64,000 nt of DNA from Eledone cirrhosa (taxonomy: Eukaryota). The notes beneath the pieces were generated by a model. That model worked only from the letters and a program-made list of their open reading frames with translations. It made no database searches and had not been told where the DNA came from. The number at the start of each line of letters is the position of its first letter. Position 1 is the first letter of the stretch. The position numbers were made by a program, and so were the translations under genes. This document shows positions 53,865-64,000 of this stretch, in pieces. The stretch is taken from the NCBI GenBank assembly GCA_964016885.1, contig OZ024746.1, forward strand, positions 26,040,001 through 26,104,000. Direction: 5' to 3'.

Positions 53865-56800
53865 CATCATCATCATCTTCGTTTAACGTCCATCTTCCAC
53901 GCTAGCATGGGTTAGACGGGAGTTGTCCCACTTGAGGCAAGGTTGGTCGGGTGACCGTGTCTCGCTCATATAGGACTATCTAGCAGGATGCCCTTCCTAA
54001 CACCAACCACATTTACAGTGTAGAACTGGGAACTTTTTACCGTGTTACCTACACGGCCACATTACAGCATGGACTGTGTGTTTTTTTGTCGTGACACCTA
54101 CATGATCTTGATCTCATTATCTCATTTATTTGGACTTTACAGAGAGTGGGTGGTTAGTGGGAGTGGGAGGATAGGGTAGGAGTAGTGGATTGGGGTGTAT
54201 ATTTGGTTAAGAGCTGTCTACTGACTGTAGGTTTCGCTTTGTACATAGGCAAGTCAGGTCTTCTGTATTACTGCGTAGCGCCAAAGATCTTGGTCCAGTG
54301 ACATTGTCTTAGAGAGGTGCAAGTGTGTAAGGTCGGAATTTATCAGATCGTCCCAGGTTTTTCTGGGTCTACCTACTCCGTAACTACCATCAATTTTGAT
54401 CGCCCTGCACTTTTTTATACAGCTGTCGTCTTTCATGCGCATCACGTGGCCATACCAACGTAGTCTTCTCTCAAGTAAACAGCATCTGATCCCTCTTATT
54501 CCTAATTTCTCACTTAGTTCATTTATGCTTTGCCATTCACGTATATTACTATTACACACCCAACGGAGCATGCATGCTTCGTTCCTTTCCAGTCTGCGCA
54601 AGTCCTCTCTATGTAATGCCCATGTCTCACTGCCATGTAGCATTGCTGTTCGTATACAGGCATCATACAATCTGCCTTTCATTTTTAGAGAGAAACCTTT
54701 TGTGGTCAACAGTGGTATAAGCTCTCTGAACTTTTTCCATCCCGTTCTGACTCTGGCTACTGTACTTTCAGAACACCCTCCACCACTGCTGATTTCATCA
54801 CCCAGGTAACGGAAAGTGTCCACTATTTCTATAGAACCATCTGGGCAATAGAAGGAGCTTGTATCCTGTGGACACTTGCTACTTATTGCACCTGAGCATC
54901 GGCCACATATAAAGTCTACGTTCTTAGATAGTTTACCTGTGATCCCACTACATCTTTTATGTACCCACACTTTGTATTTGGGACATAAAATGGAATTTCT
55001 GCTTACTCCTACACACTGAGCATGGCCATTTCCCTGAGAGCACCTGTGCCCTATTTTTCTTTCTACAAACTAGAACTTTAGTCTTAGACAAGTTAACTTT
55101 AAGGCTTTTTGATTCTAGGCCTTGCTTCCATGTTTGGAATTTTTTCTCTAGTTCAGCCATTGATTCAGCTATGAGCGTTAGATCATCTGCGTATAGGAGT
55201 TCCCATGGGCAGCCGGTCTTGAACTCCTCTGTTATAGCCTGAAGGAGGGGGGCTAAGGACAGAGCCTTGATGAACACCAACTTTTACACTAAATTCTTCA
55301 ATATTCATTGTTAATTCTAACCTTACTGACTGTTTCTTTATACATAGCTTGTATAGCTCTCACAAGCCATTCATCTACACCTAGTTGTCTAAGAGCCCAC
55401 TAGATAATGGAGCAGGAGACTCTGTCAAAGGCTTTCTCCAGGTCTACAAAAGCTAAGTATAGGGGTTTACTTTTAGCTAGGTACTTCTCTTGTAGTTGTC
55501 GTACAAGGAAAAGAGCGTCTGTGGTACTTTTACCTGACACAAACCCAAACTGCATTTCATCTAGATCAATTTGCTCAATTGACCTGGTCAATTAATGCCT
55601 CTATAGTTTCCCCTACCTAGAGCATCCCCTTTACTCTTGTAGCAGTTAATGATGATGCTGCTCGGCCAGTCTTTTGGTATGACCCCATTCTGTATTACTT
55701 GATTAACTATACAGGTGACCATAGTATGTTCCACCATTCCAGATGCCTTCAACCTCTCAGCAACTATTTCCGAAGGCCCAGCTGCCTTGCTTGTCTTCAT
55801 ATCTTTGATTGCCTTACTTATTATACTACCTTTAACTTGCACCGCTGATCCCTCTATTGGATCGATTTGGGGCAGACTATCTTTTTCCCACTTATTCTTC
55901 TCCTTTCTTCTCCTCATTTAATAGTCTCTCGTAGTGACACTTCCAGGCTATCTTCTTATCAGTATCAGTGAGGGCAAGTACACCGTTATCATTACGGACA
56001 CACTTCTCCCCGACAATATCACGGTTTTCCTTGACACATTGTCTAGCAATCCTGAACACCACACGTTTTTGATCCTCACATTGTAGAACATGCTTGAACT
56101 TTCTATCCTCTGCTTGCCTTTTTGCAAGGTACACTTGTCTCCTAGCTTCTCTCCTGGCCACTTGATAGTGCTCTCTACTTCCCCCATCCTGCCATACTTT
56201 CCAAGCCTGCTTTTTGGCCTTGATTGTCTCCTCCACCTTACTGTTCCACCACCAAGTTACTCTCCTACTGCCAATAGGTCTGCTCCAGCCACAGATTTCA
56301 TCCGTTGCTTTCAGCAGGTTCACTTTCAAGAATTGCCACTGTTCCTCTATATTGCAAGTCTCTAATTGCTCTTCCTTATTGTCAAAGGCATCAAGTAATA
56401 AGCTTTTAAATTTGTCACTGGCTATGGGGTCCTTCAACTTCCATATTCTTCTCCTCAAGGTAGGCCTCCTCTGTCGTCGAGTACGTCTATTCCTGACTAT
56501 GAGGTCACTAACTACTAGGCTATGTTGGGAGGTGCATTCTTCATGGGGGAGGGATTTAGACACTTTGTCACGTCTTCTAGGGATTTAGACACTTTGTCAC
56601 GTCTTCTAGTAAGGATATAATCTATCTGGTGACATGTTCCCCTGATCTATAGGTGATCAAATGGTTTTCTCGTTTTTTGAAGTTTGTGTTAAAGATAGTT
56701 AGGTTATTAGCGTCACAGAATTCCAGGATTCTGAAGCCCTCCTCATTTCTATTTCCAACCCCATAGCCTCCATGGATTCCATCATAGCCATCACTATGAT

Positions 56801-57400
56801 CGCCAGCAATAATTAAGTAGTCGTTGTTGGTTATTTGGGAGGTAGTGTGCATTAGCATCTCATAGAACCTGTCCTTTATAACGTCAGGTAGACCAGATTG
56901 GGGTGCATAAGTAGATATTATTGTCACATTCTATTTAGAACTAGTCTTATTTTAATTATTCTGTCATTCACTCTATTTACGTCAATTACCTTATCTACCC
57001 ATTTTTCAGCTAACATAATTCCTACCCCACCCAGCCCATTGTCATTTCCCACCCAGAAAAGTTTATAGCATCGTTTTTTACACATGATGAATCTGGCAGA
57101 CCCCCCCCCCCCCTCTCCACCTAGTCTCTTGAGTACAACAAACATCAACTTATTTACGTTCAAGCATCTCTACAACCTCATTTGAGCGACCTTTCAATGT
57201 GCCTACGTTCATGGTACCAACCCTGAAGTTGGAAGGGTGGGATGGGTGGGATGGATGGGTTGGAGAGGCAGGGAGGGGTGTGGGAGACGGAATTATGTTG
57301 GTCATCTGTGTCTGAAAAAAAAAGGGGTCCTTGTATTCTCGTCCTGCAATGAGAGGTGAATTTATCTTTATCTGTGACATTGTCATTGAGTGCTTAGATT
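53865..57400 (-). mobile_element. Decayed full-length RTE LINE (family 2) with long SINE-like 3'UTR; 5' boundary approximate
   Basis: Collinear ORF fragments 57386 to 54254; (GAT)n tail at 53865-53878. Confidence 0.9.
54254..57232 (-). pseudogene. RTE APE-RT-PHD polyprotein pseudogene
   Basis: GTMNVGTLKGRS, YAPQ, QFGF, DLEKAFD, YADD, HKRCSG..CGRC, FRYLG; several frameshifts and stops, and a 29-bp duplication at ~56550-56609. Confidence 0.9.
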
Positions 57401-57643
57401 TTCCAAATTCCGCAGTCCACCCATCAAACAGGTCTAAACTTAAGGAGTAGTAACCGCGGTGGTAGCTTTGCTATACTGATTTTTTAGAGAACTTACTATA
57501 AGCCGCTGAGTTATGATTGGACCATATAGCAATGGTAGTGTGTGGGGGGTGGGAGGGCAGAAAATGGGTAACTTTAAGAGAAGATTAGTTTTTAGGAAGG
57601 GTCCAACAGAATGAGACATATTATTAAAAACATGTAAAATATT

Positions 57644-57677
<34 letters not shown>

Positions 57678-59938
57678 GGATATCATCATTATCATGGTTT
57701 TTAAATTGGCATAGGTTGGACTTATTAAAGCAATATTTTCAGCCCGATCCCCTTCCAGAGACTAACCCTTTTAGTTGCTTCATATAACACAAAAGGATAC
57801 TGTTTACGTATTCTACCCTACCCCCACCCCACACACACACATTGTATATTAAACAAGCACATATTTTTCTACATAAATTTCACAACCTATTACATTGTTT
57901 TTATATTAAAAAAACAATGTGTAATTTAGAAACTAATGACTTTATTGGCAAAGTTAACTGTTTTCTCATGTGTTGTACTAACAAAAGATAAAAGAGAGGT
58001 GGATAGATACAAAGTATTTAAAGCTGAGAGAGAGGCAGAGAGGAAGAAGAGTGAGAGTCTGCAAGAAAGAGAGAGAGAAGTGGGGAGGAAGAGAGAGGTG
58101 GGGAACAGTGAAAGGCAGGAGGAAGAGTGACAGGGACAGAGTCAGAGGGGAAAAGTGTCTGTAGTGAAAGTAAAAAAAACAAAACAAACACTAGAATGGG
58201 GTAATTAAAAGAATGGTTGGGTGAAGCTAAAATAAAAGTGGTTTGAGAAATAGAAAAATGCAGGAGAGCAAAGACATGGAAAAGACAGAGAAAAGATGGG
58301 GAAAAATGGGAAAAAGGGAGGGAAATGGGAGAGAGAAGAGAAAAGAGAAATACAGAAGCGAGGGAAAAGATGGGGGAAAGGCAGGACAGACAAAAGAGGG
58401 AAAAGCAAGTTGTAGTAGAATAGGAGATAGATGGATAAAGAGGGAAACTAAGAAAAATTGAGAGAGAAGAAAGGTGACTAATTCAAGATACAAGGTTGTT
58501 TTGTCAGGTTAAAACATGTTACCTATCAACATTTTATTGCTGTTTTACTAAGCTTGTATGGGTTGGACTATAGTTTATAGCAATTAATGTTTAATTTGTG
58601 ACATGTCATGGTCATGATTTTGGCAAGGTGTTTCTGGTTAGATGCCTTTCCTATCACCAACCACTTTACAGTGTGGACCGAGTGCATTTTATTGTGCCAC
58701 CAACACTAGAGAGGTTGTCTGACAGGACTTAAAAGTTTGCTCTATGCTGGATTAGTTTTTATTCAGAGTAATTGCTCTCCTAGATCATCTCCTTCACTAT
58801 GGATTATAGAGTTCATGTCTACCCTATATGGTTTTATTTATTCAGAATAAATGTCCTTCACTGTAGCTTATGGAATCAATAGCTACTGCGTGCAGTCCTA
58901 TTTACATTGAGTTGCTGCCCTCCTAGATAGGCATCCCTGTGGCTTGCCAAGTTAACGTCTATCTTATGCAGTTTTATTTGGAGTAACTGTTCTAGATGGG
59001 TTGCCTATATGTCAATCTATAATTATTAGCTACTCTAACTAACCACATCTTTTAGAAACACTTTTTTTATCTCATTTTTTTCCTTCCAACACATCTCTAA
59101 AAGAATTCCTTAACTATCTGTCAACTGTTCAATTGATTTCTTTTCATTTCCACTGAAGCAGGTTTATCTTTAGACTTTAGCTTTAAACATAATTCCATGA
59201 CATTTTCTTATTTTCTACTCTAACATATTCTCAAGAAGAAGACTTCTTTTACTCCATCACTGGTTTCAGACATTAGACTTTGGCTATGCTAGATTTACTT
59301 GATTGTATCATTCTCAATACTTATGTGTTCAAATCTGGTAACTTATTTTATCAATCACTTTTTGTTGAACTAAGTTATAGGACATAAACAACAGTAAACA
59401 TAAATAAAAACACACACACACACACATATATATGTATGTGTATATAAATATATATATGTGTGTGTGTATATATATAAACATACAACTTCAGGAAATTGAT
59501 CAGTCTTTTGATCACCTCCCAATAACAAGAGATGTATAATAAAGACTAGAGAGATATTGTCCACATTAACACAGATCAATATTTCTGACTTGTGACAAGA
59601 GGTAAATTCAATGAGAGTTTAGCTAAAATATTTCAAGTCATGAAGTTATCCCCCAACACATTTTATCCCGAAACTGGCCCTGGTTCTACAACCAAAAACA
59701 GTTTACTTCATAAATGTTTCAATTTATCTAGAAATCTTCCACCATAATTTTATGAAAGAACCTTTGTTAAGTTATGTTCAAAACATCAGTACAATAATTA
59801 GAAAGTTACATTATTAAAACTCTCTAAATTCTTGATTATTTTCAAAATTATTTGAAAACCAGTCAGTATCTTTCATTAGAAATATAGTATCAAAAGTGTT
59901 AAAACATATTTATCTAAAAACCTTTCATCATTATTTAA

Positions 59939-60243
59939 AACTCTTTGCTGCAAAGGACTCCATGCTTTGCAGCAAAGAGTTACGGCCCTTTATGGTCTGA
60001 GTTCAAATCCCGCTGAGGTTAACTTTACCCTTCATCCTTACGGGGGTCGATAAAATAAAGTACAGTAATACACTGGGATTGCTGCAAAGGACGCCATGCA
60101 GCAAAGAGTTACGGCCCTTTATGGTCTGAGTTCAAATCCCGCCAAGGTTAACTTTGCCTTTCATCCCTGCGGGGTCGATAAAATAAAGTACCAGTAATAC
60201 ACTGAGATAATTGCTGGCCTTGTGACGAAAGTAGAAACAATTA
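59939..60243 (+). mobile_element. Two tandem family A SINEs with fold-back 5' ends
   Basis: AACTCTTTGCTGCAAAG...CTTTGCAGCAAAGAGTT inverted repeat replaces the normal head. Confidence 0.8.
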
Positions 60244-60489
60244 TTTTATGTAAGAACCTTTAAGTTATGTTCTAAACATCAGCTTAATAATTACAAAGTT
60301 AACTATATTATTCACTGCAAATTCTTGATTATTTTCAAAATTATTTGAAAATTAAAGGCAGTGTCTTTCATAAGGAATATGATAAGGAAATGGTTAACAA
60401 TAAGTACACATGAAGAGCACCTACTAAAGCTATATTAACTAATGTACTTTCAAATAAATGTCAAAAGATATGGCAGGACCTTCTAAAAA

Positions 60490-60680
60490 TCTAGAGTATG
60501 TATCAAATGAAGTGGTTAATACTTCAGGGAATTTCATGGAAATGTAATACAACCTATGATGGAATATGTCAACAATCTTGCCAATATGTGCCAGTCCCCA
60601 TGGAGCACCAACGATAGCATTTGATGGTTATCAAGAGGATCAAAGGACAAAAGAGCCACTCATGGAAGACATGCTGAAAC
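60490..60680 (+). mobile_element. Fossil XPG/PIN-like domain, probably from an Academ DNA transposon
   Basis: With frameshifts it reads ILQGISWKCNTTYDGICQQSCQYV/HGAPTIAFDGYQEDQRTK/ATHGRH, resembling W..G.TY..IC..Y..YV..YG...IVFDGY...STKD..H.RR. Confidence 0.5.
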
Positions 60681-61673
60681 ATGTGGCTTTTCTGAGTATA
60701 TATTAAAACATCATTAGCAAACAAATTAAATAACCATCAAATAATAATAACTGCTTAGAAACCATCTAGGAAATGAGGGTTTTTGCACAGAGCAAGTCAA
60801 AGGTATTAATCTATTGATGTGTTTAACAATATTGATTTATTGATCTGCACTGCTTTCACCGAAAGGTCATTACCAGCAAATCATTTGCAGAATGGAATGG
60901 ACCACTGTTGTTTTTGACAATGAATGTTTCAGTGGTTCAATCAAGGGAATAACCTGCTTAAAAAATGACATGCAAGTGGCTGAACATCCCACAAGCACAT
61001 GTACTCTTAATGTAACTCTATGGGAGCGTCCATGCAATTTCCATTTACACAATTTCTACCACAAAGCTTGTGCCGACTTGAGGCTAGAATAAATGACACT
61101 TGCCTAAGATGCCCAGCAGTGGGATCGAACCGAGAAGCTTAGGCTTACAAAGCAAGCCTCTTAAACATTTAGTCATGATGTATTCACAAATCCTTTATGA
61201 TATCAGTGGTATCCCCTCACCTCACCAATATTATCTGCAGCTAAATTCCAGGATGTAAGGACCCTCATCAGTGGATGTTCCTTGATTCAAACCTCAAATT
61301 AGAAGAATGGTGTTGACAAACTGACCAATAGACAAAAGACAATATTTCCCCATTCTGGTCAATAAAAATGTGGCCTCAACTGACCAATAAAGGCTTGACC
61401 TCAACTGAAATTCTTAAGATGATGCTACTGCCAAATATTTATATGGTATGTTTATCTACATGTGGACAGTGGCATGGTCTTTATGATTGTACAATAACCT
61501 GGGAAGATGGTGGGCAAATTGACATATCTAATGACCAGTGCCAAGAGTAATCTTTGGTTGACAAACAGAATTCTGTGAATTATCACTTTGTAAAGTGATT
61601 GGCATTAGGATGCATATCCAGCTGTGGAAACCATACCAAAATATGAGCAAGATGTATTCTATTTTATTTGTAA

Positions 61674-61858
61674 TGGTGGATTGGCAGTATCGGTAGAGGG
61701 TCGGACGCCATGCTTTCCAGCATAGTTACGTCCCTTTACGATCTGAGTTCAAATCCCGCCGAGGTTGACTTTGCCTTTCATCCTTACGGGGGTCGATAAA
61801 ATAAAGTACCAACAATGAACTGGGTAATTGCTGGCCTTGTGCCTAAAGTAGAAACAAA
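61674..61858 (+). mobile_element. Full-length SINE family A
   Basis: Near identity to 8455-8638. Confidence 0.88.
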
Positions 61859-62596
61859 TATATGAGTAATTCTTGTTGCTAAATAATATTGAAAGATGGA
61901 CTATCTGTAAAACACATATGTCTTGCAAATTGATTGACAAGATCCCAGACCACATTCACTCACTGAATTTGGTGGAACTCATCAAATCAGACCATGTAAA
62001 CAATGTTTTCATTGGTCTTTGAATTGCTAATATGATATGGCTGGCCCTTTGAATTACAGGTACAAGTAATTTTTTCCAGGTGTATGAACAGGAGCAATAT
62101 GACTTTAAGGTGTCTTACTCAAAAACACAATACTCTACCCAAAATTGAACCCAAAACATTATTGCCATGAGCCAAACATACTAACTACGAAGCCACATGC
62201 CTTCTCTGAAATCTATAAATTATAATGCAGAATTGGCATTACATAATATTTCTGAAATATATATTTTGAGAAAATCTAGTGTTAGAAAAGTGTATATGAG
62301 AGAGAGAGAGAGAGAGTGTGTGCGTGCACGCGCATGTGTGTGTGTATGTGAGAGAGAGAGAGAGCATGTACATATGCTTGTGTGTGTGTATGTGTGTGCG
62401 TGCATCTGTATATCTGTGTGTGCGTGCATGCTACTGTAAGTGACTGAAAAAGATATATATGTGTGTGTGTGTATGTATATATAGAGAGAAATATTGAGAT
62501 AGTGAGACAAAAAGAGGAGAGAGAAATGAAAAAAAAAGCAAAAATGAAAAATTTGAAATGAAACCATTAAAATAAGAGATAGGAACAACAACAACG

Positions 62597-63050
62597 ATTT
62601 CTAATCTAGGAACAAGGTCAGTAATTTAGGGGATAGAGGTAAGTTGATTAAACTGACCCCAGTGTGCTACTGATACTTTATTTTATTGATCTTAGAAGGA
62701 TGAAAGACAAAGTTGATCTCGGTGGGATTTGAACTCAGAACGTTAAGGGCAATAGCTAAATTCCACAAGACATTCTGTCTGACGCTCTAATGATTCTGCT
62801 AATTGACCAAGTAAAAAAATGAATGGAGGACTCTTCATTTGCATCAAGGCCACAACAATCTCTCTTGTGGTGTTGATATAATAATTATTTCTACTTTTGG
62901 CACAAGGCCAGCAATTATCCTAATGCATTACTGGTACTTTATTTTATCGACTCTGTAAGGATGAAAGGCAAAGTTAACCTCGGTGAGATTTGAACTCAGA
63001 ACGTAAAGGGCCATAACTCTATGCTGTAAAGCATGGCATCTGACTCTGTA
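62597..63050 (-). mobile_element. Two degenerate family A SINEs (62597-62808, 62885-63050)
   Basis: Reverse-complement similarity to family A. Confidence 0.75.
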
Positions 63051-63454
63051 AAGTTGTTGGTGACAGGATGGGCATTCAGCCATAGAAAACTTACCAACCA
63101 TCCTAGTGTTGGTTTCATGATGAAATGTACCTGGCCAATCCTTGTGAGCAGGGAAAACAGACATTAAATGATGATGATGATGATGAGATGATGAATAACA
63201 ATAATATTTAGATGTAGAAGAGAAGAGAGAGAGCAATGAAGGTGGACAGAAATAGACAAGAGATAAGCCAAAGAAAATATTATTGTAATAGAGAAAGAAA
63301 GAAAGAAAATTATATTAGTATATGAGAAAAAATGTAATATATATAAATATGTATATATACACATGGAGACCATATACATATGACACACCATATAAATGAC
63401 AAATTATATACACACACACAGAGAGACATACCATATAAATGACACAAATTATAT

Positions 63455-63537
<83 letters not shown>

Positions 63538-64000
63538 TATATTCTATAATGTTATATATATTATTCAACACACACACGGGTGTGTGGGTCTGTGAATGTG
63601 TTGATATGTTTGTGTGTGTGTTTGTATTGAATAATAAATTCTAGTTTCCCAAAAAAACTCTCCAGAATTCTGATAAGGAGTTTATCAAAGACAAACAAAT
63701 TAATAATAACAACAACTACAACAATAATAACAATAATAATAGTCAACAATAAACATGAAGGTGGAATCTCAGCTGAGGATAGCATCAATATGATATACAG
63801 CTCAAAATTGGTTTGATTTTTTTTTTCTTCCCTAGAATAATAAATTTGTTGTCTAATATCTTAAACTAATTGAGATGTACAAATACAAGATTCAATGTCA
63901 TATTCAGGAGATTTGGGCAAATATATTTCTATGATTTCTATGTTGTGTGGCTTGGTGGTTAAGGTGGTCAGTTTGTAGTCGAAAAGCCATGAGTTCGATT

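Overview
AT-rich eukaryotic DNA dominated by repeats, most likely from an octopus or other cephalopod (inferred from the SINE families and the extreme (TA)n/(TACA)n content, not verified). It looks largely intronic or intergenic. Main contents: (1) a near-intact RTE-clade LINE (APE + RT with an embedded C4HC3 PHD-like finger, 1003 aa, 30222-33233) whose 3' end and 5'UTR motifs are shared by several SINE copies in the window; (2) a second, decayed full-length RTE on the minus strand (53865-57400) plus 3' fragments that end in a SINE-like tail; (3) a 5'-truncated Penelope-like element (RT C-terminus + GIY-YIG) bracketed by inverted ~280-bp repeats that each carry a type I hammerhead-ribozyme-like motif; (4) more hammerhead-like motifs and fold-back palindromes as islands inside a ~9-kb (TA)n array; (5) three copies of a ~600-bp non-autonomous RTE derivative with a small C2H2 ORF; (6) a candidate non-autonomous Helitron, MITEs, and fossils of R4, Tx1/L1 and Academ; (7) many tRNA-derived SINEs; (8) a speculative set of short, phase-compatible minus-strand exons of an unidentified host gene. 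Most ORFs in the supplied track are microsatellite artefacts. All coordinates were read by eye; no alignment, folding or database search was run.
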